Assembly: GCA_963813815.1 (NCBI GenBank)
Contig: CAWFAD010000012.1
Coordinates: forward strand, 96,001-160,000
Length of the DNA: 64,000 bases
Reading direction: 5' to 3'
DNA from: an uncultured bacterium
GTDB lineage: Bacteria > Krumholzibacteriota > Krumholzibacteriia > Krumholzibacteriales > Krumholzibacteriaceae
Part shown: positions 1-8,797 of the stretch, piece after piece
Layout of the letters: the number at the start of each line of letters is the position of its first letter
Numbering within the stretch: the first letter of the stretch is position 1
Position numbers and translations under genes: made by a program
Notes under the pieces: model-generated
What the model was told of the DNA's origin: nothing
The model's database searches: none
What the model saw: only the letters and a program-made list of their open reading frames with translations

Positions 1-23
1 ACTCCCCGGGGACGGCGAGGGGC

Positions 24-55
24 AAAAAAATAAGGACCCCCTCGCGGAGAGTCCT
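24..55 (-). terminator. Intrinsic terminator after the ferredoxin gene
   Basis: Minus strand reads AGGACTCTC-CGCGA-GGGGGTCCT (stem with G-U pairs), followed by TA and T7, directly after the stop codon. Confidence 0.7.
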
Positions 56-273
56 CATTCAACCGTTATAGCGAAATCAGGACACCTGAGCTCGCACAGG
101 TTGCACTTGATGCAGTCATCGGGTCGTGCAACCTTGACCTTGCCGCCCTCCATCTCGAGGACGGCCTTGGGGCAAAAGGCCACGCAGATCTCGCACCCCT
201 TGCACCACTTCAGGTTGACCTTTATTATCGCTTTCTTTTTTTCTGCAGCCTGGCTCTCGGCCACCCCGACCAC
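55..273 (-). CDS. 2[4Fe-4S] ferredoxin, 2-oxoacid oxidoreductase delta-subunit type
   Basis: Motifs CKGCEICVAFCP and CIKCNLCELRCPDFAI. The exact start is uncertain (GTG 273 or 264). Confidence 0.9.
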   Translation of the reverse strand: MVGVAESQAAEKKKAIIKVNLKWCKGCEICVAFCPKAVLEMEGGKVKVARPDDCIKCNLCELRCPDFAITVE

Positions 274-345
274 TTCCGATCAGGTTCTATGCAAGCGCTT
301 GAAAAGCGATTTATCCCGTGAAAGGTACGGTCTGAAATTGGAACG

Positions 346-375
346 AATATATACCACCCCTCGTTTCAATGGCAA
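346..375 (-). promoter_or_regulatory. Putative sigma70 promoter for the minus-strand ferredoxin
   Basis: TTGCCA-N18-TATATT on the minus strand. Confidence 0.5.
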
Positions 376-447
376 GCCTTTTTGGGCCTATAGCAGACTT
401 TTTTCAGGATACTGGAAGGGATTCGGGCGTCTTTTTCGGCCATTTCC

Positions 448-476
448 TTGACGTAAGAGGCGTTCTTTCATATTAT
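448..476 (+). promoter_or_regulatory. Sigma70 promoter of the 2-oxoacid:ferredoxin oxidoreductase operon
   Basis: TTGACG-N17-TATTAT, close to consensus. Confidence 0.75.
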
Positions 477-482
477 TCACGC

Positions 483-701
483 ATGCATTCGATCAAGTTG
501 CGCACGGAATGGTGCAAGGCGTGCAAGATCTGCATCCAGATCTGCCCGCGCCAGGTCTACGTACAGGGGAAGGACCTCAACGCAAAAGGATACAAGGTCA
601 CGAAGGTCGAGAAGCTCGAGGAGTGCACGGGATGCAAGCTCTGCGAGCTCATGTGCCCCGATCTCGTGATCACCGTCGAAGATGCCGAAAAAAACGGATA
701 A
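483..701 (+). CDS. 2[4Fe-4S] ferredoxin, oxidoreductase delta subunit
   Basis: ATG at 483 (MHSIKLRTEW); CKACKICIQICP and CTGCKLCELMCPD. The upstream extension of the 369 ORF overlaps the promoter and is probably not translated. Confidence 0.88.
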   Translation: MHSIKLRTEWCKACKICIQICPRQVYVQGKDLNAKGYKVTKVEKLEECTGCKLCELMCPDLVITVEDAEKNG

Positions 702-1815
702 GGCGCTCATGGCGCCCAAGAAATACTTCATGCAGGGAAACCTCGCCTGCGCCGAGGGAGCGCTCGCGGCTGGGTGCCGATTCTACGCGGGATACCCCAT
801 CACTCCCTCTTCCGAGATCATGGAGCACCTCGCGCGGCGGATGACCGAGGTCGGGGGAACGTTCGCGCAGATGGAGGACGAGATCGCCTCGATTTGCGCC
901 GTCATCGGCTCCTCGTGGGGGGGCGTGAAATCGATGACCGCCACCTCGGGCCCCGGCCTTTCCCTCATGATCGAGGGGCTCGGGTACGCCTTCATGACGG
1001 AGACGCCATGCGTCATCATCAACGTGCAGCGGCAGGGCCCCGCCACGGGGAAGGCGACGAGGCCCGGCCAGGGAGACATCATGCAGGCGCGCTGGGGAGC
1101 TCACGGCGACCATCGCGTCATCGCCCTTTCTCCGTGGTCGTGCCAGGAGATGTACGATCTCACGATCGAGTCCTTCAATCTCTCCGAGCGCTACCGGGTC
1201 CCGGTCATACTCCTCGCCGACGAGATCGTCGGACACATCAAGGAGAGCTTCACCGTCCGCCCCGAGGTCGAGACGTTCGATCGCAACCGCGAGGGGGGCA
1301 AGGCGCCGTTCGGAGCCGAGCTCGTCCCCCCGATGCCGGCGTTCGGCGACGGACAGGCGCTCCTCGTGACCGGCTCGACGCATAACGATTGGGGAGTCCG
1401 CAAGGTGTCCGATCCCGACGTGCAGGAGAAACTCACGAAGCGCATCTGCGACAAGATAGACCTCAACCGGCACGAGATCGTGAAGGTCGACCGGCATTTC
1501 ACCGAGGATTGCGACACGCTGCTCATCGCCTTCGGCATCACGGCGCGCAGCGCCTACTACGCGGCGCGCGCGCTCCGGAGCGAGGGGCGCCGGGTCGGCC
1601 TGCTGCGCCCGATCAGCATCTGGCCGCTCCCCGAGGACGAGATCAGGGCCGCCGCCGAAACGGCCTCCCGGGTGATCGTCTGCGAGATGAACCAGGGACA
1701 GCTCGTTCACGAGGTCGAACGGCTCCTCTGCGGAAAGGAGATCGCGGGGCTTTTCAAGAGCCGCGGCGAACCGATCTACCCTCAGGAGATCATCGCAAAG
1801 GTGGTGGCGCAGTGA
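682..1815 (+). CDS. korA: 2-oxoacid:ferredoxin oxidoreductase alpha subunit
   Basis: FYAGYPITPSSE, QMEDEIAS, TATSGPGLSLM, QRQGPATG. Substrate specificity cannot be determined from the sequence. Confidence 0.9.
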   Translation: MPKKTDKALMAPKKYFMQGNLACAEGALAAGCRFYAGYPITPSSEIMEHLARRMTEVGGTFAQMEDEIASICAVIGSSWGGVKSMTATSGPGLSLMIEGLGYAFMTETPCVIINVQRQGPATGKATRPGQGDIMQARWGAHGDHRVIALSPWSCQEMYDLTIESFNLSERYRVPVILLADEIVGHIKESFTVRPEVETFDRNREGGKAPFGAELVPPMPAFGDGQALLVTGSTHNDWGVRKVSDPDVQEKLTKRICDKIDLNRHEIVKVDRHFTEDCDTLLIAFGITARSAYYAARALRSEGRRVGLLRPISIWPLPEDEIRAAAETASRVIVCEMNQGQLVHEVERLLCGKEIAGLFKSRGEPIYPQEIIAKVVAQ

Positions 1816-2570
1816 GCTCGCATCTCTACCGGTATCTGCGCGAAGAGGTCTTTCCGACGCCGTTCTGCCCCGGGTGCGGGCACGGCATTCTGCTCGGCGC
1901 CGTGACGCGCGCCATCGACGAGCTCGGGCTCGACATGAAGAGAATAGTGTTCGTCTCGGGCATCGGGTGCGCGGCATGGATCCCCTCTCCCCATTTCAAG
2001 GCGGACACGCTCCACACCCTCCACGGACGGGCGGTCGCCTTCGCGAACGGGCTCAAGCGCTCCCGCCCCGATCTCAAGGTCATCGTGATCTCCGGCGACG
2101 GGGATCTCGCCGCGATCGGCGGAAATCATCTGATTCACGCGGCGCGCCGGAACGTTCCGCTCACCGTCATCTGCGCCAACAACAGCATCTACGGAATGAC
2201 CGGCGGGCAGCAGTCTCCGACCACGCCGTACGGCGCCTTCAGCGAGACGACCCCCAAGGGAAATCCCGAGAAACCGTTCGATCTGTGCCGTCTCATGAAG
2301 GCCTGCGATGCGCCGTTCGTGGCCCGTCAGACGGTGTATCACGTACGGCCGCTCATCAAGATCATCAAGAAGGCGCTCACGACGGAGGGATTCGCGTTCG
2401 TCGACGTCGTGTCCCCGTGCCCGACGCAGTTCGGGCGCAAGAACAAGCTCGCGGGCGGCTACGAGATGCTCATGGATCTCAAGGAGCGCGCGATTCAATA
2501 CGAGAAGGCGAAGGCGCTTCCCAAAGAGGAGCTTCAACAGAGGATCGTAACCGGTGAATTCAACGATTGA
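1812..2570 (+). CDS. korB: 2-oxoacid:ferredoxin oxidoreductase beta subunit (TPP-binding)
   Basis: GTG at 1812 overlaps the alpha stop (GTGA); FCPGCGHG, SGIGC, GDGD...NNSIYGMTGGQ, SPCPT. Confidence 0.9.
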   Translation: MSSHLYRYLREEVFPTPFCPGCGHGILLGAVTRAIDELGLDMKRIVFVSGIGCAAWIPSPHFKADTLHTLHGRAVAFANGLKRSRPDLKVIVISGDGDLAAIGGNHLIHAARRNVPLTVICANNSIYGMTGGQQSPTTPYGAFSETTPKGNPEKPFDLCRLMKACDAPFVARQTVYHVRPLIKIIKKALTTEGFAFVDVVSPCPTQFGRKNKLAGGYEMLMDLKERAIQYEKAKALPKEELQQRIVTGEFND

Positions 2571-3111
2571 AATCAAGCTGACCGGCAAGGGCGGCCAGGG
2601 AGTCGTCTCCGCCGGCGAGATTCTCGCGTACGCGGCCGTTCTCGACGGCAAGGAAGCGAGCGCGGTGGCGGCCTACGGCTCCGAGGCCCGCGGCGGCGCC
2701 GTGAGCTCGGACGTCGTCATCGGCGATACCGAGGTCCCCGCCCCCTTCGTCATCAAACCGACGTACGTGCTGGCGATGTCGAAGGAAGGATACGCCGCGG
2801 CAGCCAAAATCCTCGCCGCCGATACGAAGGTCATCTACGACGCGACGACCATCAAGGACGCCCCGCGCGACGCGAACCACTTCCCCGTTCCCGCCGCCGA
2901 AATCGCCGCGAAGGTCGGCAACCCCGTCACGATCAACATGGTGCTCCTCGGCGCCTTCGCGGCGATCACCGCCGTGGTGAAGCGCGAAAGCATCGAAACG
3001 GTCGTGAAGGAGAAAATGAAGCCCGAAGCGGCCGCGCTCAACGTCAAGGCGCTCGCGGAGGGGTATGAAACGGGAAAGGGGCTTCTCGAGAAGCCCCCCG
3101 CCTCGAATTGA
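2554..3111 (+). CDS. korC: 2-oxoacid:ferredoxin oxidoreductase gamma subunit
   Basis: GKGGQGVV, YGSEARGG, NMVLLGA. Confidence 0.88.
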   Translation: MNSTIEIKLTGKGGQGVVSAGEILAYAAVLDGKEASAVAAYGSEARGGAVSSDVVIGDTEVPAPFVIKPTYVLAMSKEGYAAAAKILAADTKVIYDATTIKDAPRDANHFPVPAAEIAAKVGNPVTINMVLLGAFAAITAVVKRESIETVVKEKMKPEAAALNVKALAEGYETGKGLLEKPPASN

Positions 3112-3147
3112 TCTATCGAATCCGCGCCCGGAATCAATGCAAATTTC

Positions 3148-3223
3148 TGGAGCTGGCGATCGGAATTGAACCGATGACCTGCGCATTACGAGTGCGCTGC
3201 TCTACCAGCTGAGCTACGCCAGC
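3148..3223 (-). tRNA. tRNA-Thr(CGT)
   Basis: 76 nt: GCTGGCGTAGCTCAGCTGGTAGAGCAGCGCACT-CGT-AATGCGCAGGTCATCGGTTCAATTCCGATCGCCAGCTCCA, with encoded CCA. Confidence 0.97.
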
Positions 3224-3236
3224 TCCGTAACGTATC

Positions 3237-3265
3237 AATATAGAGGGCAATCCGAACGTTTTCAA
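3237..3265 (-). promoter_or_regulatory. Sigma70 promoter for tRNA-Thr
   Basis: TTGAAA-N17-TATATT, overlapping the TolC stop codon. Confidence 0.65.
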
Positions 3266-4671
3266 GCACTATTTCTCGCGAACCGCCCCTTCAGCGGAAA
3301 AGAGGGGAGCGAGCGCTCGACGTCGTCGGCGGCGTAGAGGAGAGCGGTTCCCTTGACGATGAGATCGTATTTCGAACGAACGACCGAATACGAGCTCTGA
3401 ACGTAGACGGCCCGGGCCTGCAGAAGCTCGAGCAGCGTCGAGAGACCGAGCCGGTATCGCTCCTCGTAGTTCAGAAGCGCCTGTTCCGCATAGACGAGCT
3501 GGGCCTTGGACACATCGGTCGTTTTCCGCGCCGTCTCGTAGTCGGCGAGCGCCTGCGCCGCCTCGATGCGGGCGCGCAGCTCCAGCGCTTCGAGGCCGAT
3601 CTCTGAGCGCCGCAGACCGATCTTCGCCTGCGATACGCTGTTCCTCGTCTGAAAGCGATCGAAGAGGGGGAAACTCGCCGAGATCCCGATCGAGGCGTTG
3701 AGGTTCCGGTCGAGCTGATCGGCGTAATCCCCAGGCGTACCAGAAGGATCGCGGTAGCTCGTTCCGACGCTCGCCGAGAGGCTCAAGCTCGGCCAGTACC
3801 CGGCGCGGCTCACGGCGATCTGCCGCTCGCTCGACTCCTTCACCTTGCGCTGGGCGGCGATATCGGGACGCTTCGAGAGCCCCCCCTCGACGGCGACGCC
3901 GGCGAGGAGGCTGTCGAGACCGGTCATGAGCGCTTCCGCGTCGGGTTCCACGACGGTGCATCCGCCCGCCGGATTGCTCCCCATCGCTTGGAGCAGCTGC
4001 AGCTTGCTGATCTCGAGGCTTCGCCGGGCCTCGAGGAGAGCGGCCTCGGCGTCGGCCACGGCCGCCTGCTGCTGGTAGAGATCAGCCGCCGGGCGCTTGC
4101 CCGCGGCGACGAAGGCGTCGATATGCTCGAGCGAGCGGCGCTGGGAGGTCAGGTTCGCCTCGTTCACGGCGAGTATCTCCTTGTCGAGCACGGCCTGCAT
4201 GAAGCGGACGACGGCGTCGTACAGCACCGATTGCCGCGTCCGGACGTAGCCGAGCTCCTCGGCCTCGAGATCGAGCTTCGCCTGTCTGCGAGAGTTGACC
4301 CTGCTCATGCCGGTGAAGAGGTCGAGGCTCGATGACACCCCGAGGCTCATCGAACGCGACGTCGCGCCCTCGTACCCTTCGAGGAGCGAATCGTACTCCT
4401 TCGCCCAGGATTGGGACGCGTGGGCGGAAAAACCGGCCGACGGGAGAAAGTCATACGCGCTTCTCCGGAGCGCTATTCGGCTCGCCTCCGGGAGCGTGGC
4501 GGCCTGCCGGAGATCGAGATTCGCCCGGAGGGCTTCCGCCACGGCGTCGCCGAGCGTGACGGCGCGCTCCCCGGCGGCGGCTCCCGCGAACCCGAAGCAG
4601 AGAACCGCGGCCGCGGCCGAAACGCGCCGGGCCGCCCCGTGCCTGAACGATGTCGAGAAAAGACGAGCCAT
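3262..4671 (-). CDS. TolC-family outer membrane efflux protein
   Basis: Signal peptide; two OEP repeats (TLGDAVAEALRAN, GYWPSLSL, PLFDRF, ERYRLGLSTLLELLQAR); GGAG SD before ATG 4671. Confidence 0.88.
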   Translation of the reverse strand: MARLFSTSFRHGAARRVSAAAAVLCFGFAGAAAGERAVTLGDAVAEALRANLDLRQAATLPEASRIALRRSAYDFLPSAGFSAHASQSWAKEYDSLLEGYEGATSRSMSLGVSSSLDLFTGMSRVNSRRQAKLDLEAEELGYVRTRQSVLYDAVVRFMQAVLDKEILAVNEANLTSQRRSLEHIDAFVAAGKRPAADLYQQQAAVADAEAALLEARRSLEISKLQLLQAMGSNPAGGCTVVEPDAEALMTGLDSLLAGVAVEGGLSKRPDIAAQRKVKESSERQIAVSRAGYWPSLSLSASVGTSYRDPSGTPGDYADQLDRNLNASIGISASFPLFDRFQTRNSVSQAKIGLRRSEIGLEALELRARIEAAQALADYETARKTTDVSKAQLVYAEQALLNYEERYRLGLSTLLELLQARAVYVQSSYSVVRSKYDLIVKGTALLYAADDVERSLPSFPLKGRFARNSA

Positions 4672-4722
4672 ACACACTCCCGTTCCTTCGAAAATCCCCG
4701 CGAGTCGCCCGGATCGTTCCGG

Positions 4723-5130
4723 TCAGTTTTTCCGCTTCCGCCGCTCGAACCGCTCCCGCATCTCAACGATGTTTTCGTCGTAGCGCTCGCGCTGCTCCGG
4801 CGTGAGTATCGTTCTGATGCGCGCCTCCATTTCATCGGCCATCGACCGCACTTCGTCCCGGGAGACGCGGTCGAACTGCTCGAAGCGCGGCCCGAACTCC
4901 TTCACGATTGCGTCGAGCTGCGTGCGCTGGTCCGCGTCGAGGTCCAGATTGCCCGTGAGCCGCCCGGCGACCATTTCATGGATGGGCGGGCGATCGTGTC
5001 TCATGATGTGAATCACGTGATTGCGGATCAGCACCGCCGTCACGAGCCCCCCGACGATGATGCCGGCGGCGAAAACGGCGACCACCGCGGTCCAGGCCTT
5101 TCTGCCGCCCTTCGTAATGCCATCGCTCAT
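4723..5130 (-). CDS. Membrane-anchored periplasmic Spy/CpxP-like (heavy-metal sensor type) protein
   Basis: N-terminal TM (AVVAVFAAGIIVGGLVTAVLI); LDLDADQ and ILTPEQRERY (LTxxQ-type) helical repeats. Confidence 0.7.
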   Translation of the reverse strand: MSDGITKGGRKAWTAVVAVFAAGIIVGGLVTAVLIRNHVIHIMRHDRPPIHEMVAGRLTGNLDLDADQRTQLDAIVKEFGPRFEQFDRVSRDEVRSMADEMEARIRTILTPEQRERYDENIVEMRERFERRKRKN

Positions 5131-5153
5131 ACCAATCCCTCCCGGTGACGGGC

Positions 5154-5459
5154 TCACATCAGAAAGCCGACCGGATCCTCGAGAAACCGCATCGCGAGAT
5201 CCCCGTAGTCGACGAACCCTTGGTTCAAAGCGTAGATTAGAAGCGCGATCGCCGCGCACGCCGCGATCGCCGACAAGCGCCACGCGAACCGCGCCACGAA
5301 CGCTTCCTGCGTCGCGCCGCTCATGGCGAGCGAGCGCCCGCGAACGTCCGTCATGACGGCGGCGCGCCATTGCCCGCCGGGCGTGATCCGTCCGCGCCCT
5401 CGCCGCTCGGCGAAGAGCGTTCTCTCGAGCGCCTCGAGCGATTCCTTCCTCGGTTTCAT
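5154..5459 (-). CDS. Putative single-TM anti-sigma factor
   Basis: ATG 5459 overlaps the ECF sigma stop; small protein with one hydrophobic segment (LSAIAACAAIALLIYAL). Confidence 0.6.
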   Translation of the reverse strand: MKPRKESLEALERTLFAERRGRGRITPGGQWRAAVMTDVRGRSLAMSGATQEAFVARFAWRLSAIAACAAIALLIYALNQGFVDYGDLAMRFLEDPVGFLM

Positions 5460-6085
5460 GGGCGTCCTTTCCGGTCCTCGAGCATTTCCTCGAGAATTCC
5501 GCGAAGCTTTCGCCGCGCGCGCAACGCGCGCACCTTGACGTTCCCCGCGCTCCATCCGAGCACGGCGGCGGCCTCCTTCACAGGCCGCTCCTCTATATGA
5601 ACGATTTCAATCACCATTCGGTCCTCCGGAGAGAGCCGGGAAAGCGCCCGATCGAGCAGCTCCCGCGCGTGCCGCGCGGATTCCGCCCGGTCGAGGAGCG
5701 CCATCGAGCGCTCGGAGGCGGCCACGTCCATCCAGCGGCGCTCCTCGTCGCCGAGCGCGCTCTCTTCCCGGTCGCGCCGCCGGTAACGCTCCCGCCAGTA
5801 GTCGTAGCATGCCCTCGTGGCGATCCGTGACAGCCATCCGGCGAAATTCCCCCTCCCCCGATACGACGAGAGAGATAGATAAGCTCGGACGAACGCCTCG
5901 TGGGCGACCTCCTCGACGTCCTCCCGCGGGACGTGCCGCGCCGCGATGGCGAACACCGCGTCCTCGTGCCGCTCGACGAGCAGCTCGAATGCGTCGACGT
6001 CGCCGCCCGCGACGAGCTCGATGATCTCGGCGTCGCTCCGGACGAGGGACTCCTTTTTCATGCGCAGAACGTTACTCGCTGCCAT
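5456..6085 (-). CDS. ECF RNA polymerase sigma factor
   Basis: Region 2 (AFELLVERH, DVEEVAHEAFVRAY, FAGWLSRIATRACYD) and region 4 (LSPEDR, VKEAAAVLGWSAGNVKVRALRAR). Start may be 6061. Confidence 0.9.
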   Translation of the reverse strand: MAASNVLRMKKESLVRSDAEIIELVAGGDVDAFELLVERHEDAVFAIAARHVPREDVEEVAHEAFVRAYLSLSSYRGRGNFAGWLSRIATRACYDYWRERYRRRDREESALGDEERRWMDVAASERSMALLDRAESARHARELLDRALSRLSPEDRMVIEIVHIEERPVKEAAAVLGWSAGNVKVRALRARRKLRGILEEMLEDRKGRP

Positions 6086-6261
6086 CGCACCATGTCCACT
6101 CGTTACTGGCCTTCCACCGAACTCGTCGCTCCCGGGCGGACTTTGGTTACAGCGTACCGGCCTTCCGAAGCCCGCGCGCGGCCGGGGAGTGTAACCGGGC
6201 CGCGGCTTCGGCCGACGATATGGCCGTACCCCGGCTTTTCCCCCGAAGGAGGAATACGGAC

Positions 6262-7161
6262 ATGAGAATGCACCGTGCGCTGGCGCTCCTCGCGGCCGCC
6301 GGCGCGCTCGCGGCGCTCGCCCCCTCGAGCGGAAGCGCGGACCCCACCTATGAGAGCAATCGATGCGATCGCGCCATCACGATCGACGGAGAGGCGACCG
6401 AGTGGGCGGGCCGGGAAGCGCGCTACGACGAGGAGGACGGCTACAAGCTCGGCTTCTTCAACGACGAGGAATACCTCTACGTGTACTTCGCCACTTGGAA
6501 TCTCTCGACGCAGCAGCGCGTGCTCACGAGCGGCCTCACCGTCTGGCTCGACGGCGGCGGCAAGAAGAAGAAAACCTTCGGAATCAACTATCCGCGCGGC
6601 CGCGACCGGGGTCCCGGGAGCGGATTCCCGGCGGCCGACGGCGCCGCTCCCGGCGAAATACCTCGCGAGGCGCGCGGCGAGGCGCCGCGCTCGATGCAAC
6701 GCCCCGGAGCGAATCCGGATCCGGCGAAGCTCGCGGCCCTTCTCAACGAAACGCAGGCCGAGGCGCTGCTCAAGAGCCCGGCCGGCGATTCGGTCCTGCT
6801 CCTCTCTCCTGCCGACAGCTCCGCCGCGGGGCTTCGGGCGATGCTCCGGGCGAGAAGCAGGCTCCTCGTCATAGAGCTTCGCGTGCCCCTCGATCCGGGC
6901 GCGGCTTCGCCCTACGCGCTTCATGCGGTTCCGGGACGAACCATCAGCGTCGGATTCGAAACGGGCACGATGGAGAGACCGAAATTGACGCGCCCGCAGG
7001 GCATGCCGGAGGACGATCAAACGGGCGGAGGAATGCCTCCCGGCGGAGGCGGCAATGCCCCCGGGGGCGGCATGTTTCCCGGCGGAGGCGCGGGGGGTCC
7101 CGGGGGAATGGGCGCGCCCGAAGGGCTCAAGCTCTGGGTCAAGGTCAAGCTCGCTCCGTAG
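6262..7161 (+). CDS. Secreted hypothetical protein with ITIDG-x4-W (CBM9/DOMON-like) N-terminus and Gly/Pro/Met-rich tail
   Basis: AAGGAGG SD; signal peptide MRMHRALALLAAAG; ITIDGEATEW, NDEEYLYV; GGGMPPGGGG low-complexity region. Confidence 0.7.
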   Translation: MRMHRALALLAAAGALAALAPSSGSADPTYESNRCDRAITIDGEATEWAGREARYDEEDGYKLGFFNDEEYLYVYFATWNLSTQQRVLTSGLTVWLDGGGKKKKTFGINYPRGRDRGPGSGFPAADGAAPGEIPREARGEAPRSMQRPGANPDPAKLAALLNETQAEALLKSPAGDSVLLLSPADSSAAGLRAMLRARSRLLVIELRVPLDPGAASPYALHAVPGRTISVGFETGTMERPKLTRPQGMPEDDQTGGGMPPGGGGNAPGGGMFPGGGAGGPGGMGAPEGLKLWVKVKLAP

Positions 7162-7633
7162 AGCTCCCGCCCACGAGCTTCTCGGGCACCTGCACGGCGA
7201 CGAGCTCGCCGCGCGCACAGGGCTTGCCGCCGGCCCTCAGCGTGGCCGTGACGACGATCTTTCGCCCCTTGATCTCCTTGACCTTCGCGCGCACCTCGAG
7301 GAGCGTGTCGATCGGAGTGGGCTGAAGGTAGTCCACGTGAAGCGACGCGGTGACGAATCGCCGCGGGGGATCGGACCCCATCTCCCGCCCCTCGGCCCGA
7401 TACGCCGCGGCCGACGCCGTTCCGGTGCAGTGGCAATCGATGAGGGAAGCGATGAGCCCCCCGTACACGTAACCGGGGATCGACGTGTGGTACGGCTTCG
7501 GCTCGAAGACGCACACCGCCTCGTCCCCGTCCCAGTAGCTCTTGATGTGGAGGCCGTGCTCGTTCAGCCGTCCGCAGCCGTAACACTGCGCGAAATTGTC
7601 CGGATAATATTCCTGGAACGCCTTCGGCGTCAT
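7145..7633 (-). CDS. PaaI/hotdog-fold thioesterase
   Basis: ATG 7633 with GGAGG SD; CYGCGRLNEHGL, YGGLIASLIDCH, TASLHVDYLQPTP. Confidence 0.85.
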   Translation of the reverse strand: MTPKAFQEYYPDNFAQCYGCGRLNEHGLHIKSYWDGDEAVCVFEPKPYHTSIPGYVYGGLIASLIDCHCTGTASAAAYRAEGREMGSDPPRRFVTASLHVDYLQPTPIDTLLEVRAKVKEIKGRKIVVTATLRAGGKPCARGELVAVQVPEKLVGGSSTERA

Positions 7634-8797
7634 TTCAAGGCCTCCTTGCGTCCCGCGTAGAAGTCGCGGTAAAAGGATATCGAGCTCCAGACCTCTCGCG
7701 GGATAAGGGGCTCGCCGCGCAGAATGAAGTTCGCCATGTTGCGGCCGACGCCGGGGCCGAGCATGAAACCCTGCCCGCACATCCCGACCGCGAGATAGAG
7801 CCCATCCACTTCGCGCACCTTGTCGAGGATGATGATACCGTCGGGAGTCATGGGATAGAGGCCGCGCCAGGTGCGCCGGATGAGCATGTTCCGCAGCCGG
7901 GGTATGAGCTCGATCATGCGCCGCGCGAGCACGGGCATGAACTCGGACGTGTTCTCCTTGTTCGTGCCCCAGATTGGAACGATCGGCGTATAGCAGAAGA
8001 TGACCTGTCCCCGGTCGTTCTGGCCGAAGTAGAAGTTCTTGGTCTTGCCCTCGGGCCCCGGCCGGATATCGACGATGAGCGGGTCGAAGAACCGCTCCAT
8101 CGGGGCCGAAATGCCCGCCTCGTGGCAGTCGGGCGTGACGGGGATCTCGACGCCCGCCATCGCGCCGACCTCCTTCGCGAACGATCCCGCCGCGTTCACG
8201 ACGATGTTCGAGTGGTAGATCCCCGCGCGCGTTTTGACCGAGGCGATCCGGCCCCGCTTCACCGCGAGCCCCGTCACGGGCTCGTTGAAGCGGTACTCGC
8301 ATCCGCCGCCCGCGCTCACCTTCCAGAGAGCGGCCGCGTATTTCAGCGGCGATACCTGCCCGTCCCCGGGGAGAACGTGCCGCCGCGAAGATCCTTCTCG
8401 TTGATGCCCGGAACGAGCTTCTTGATGTCGTCGGGGCCGAGCCAGTCGATGTCGAGGCCGTGGCTCTTCTGGATGGAAAGGAGGCCCTTGAGGATGTTCT
8501 CTTCCGCCTCGCGGTACACCGGAAAACAGTATCCCCCCGGCACCCATCCGAGATCGATCCCCGTGCGCTCCTGGAAGGTCGAGTAGAACTCGAGGCTCTG
8601 GAGACAGAGCGTTATCTTCGCCGGATCGGAATGGGTCGCCCGGACGCCGCCGATCGCCGCCTTGTTCTCCCCCTGTCCCACCGACGCGTTCGACTCGAGA
8701 ACGAGAACCCGGAGCCGCTCGAGGGTGAGAAAGTGCGCGATGGCGAGCCCCACGCTCCCGCGCCGATGACGATGGCGTCGTAGCTCGCGCCTTTCAT
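7630..8797 (-). CDS. FAD-dependent amino-acid oxidoreductase (sarcosine oxidase / proline dehydrogenase beta-like, DAO family); two frameshifts in this sequence
   Basis: Three frames join: MKGASYDAIVIGAG | SVGLAIAH...GGTFSPG | DGQVSP...WRGLYPMTPDG...GMCGQGFMLGPGVG. Breaks are at G-runs 8757-8759 and 8364-8367. Confidence 0.82.

Noticed and set aside
2554..2570. Frameshifted beta-gamma fusion of the oxidoreductase
   Set aside because: Beta ends with a typical terminus (IVTGEF), and gamma has its own GTG with a GAGGA element upstream. The 17-nt overlap is ordinary.
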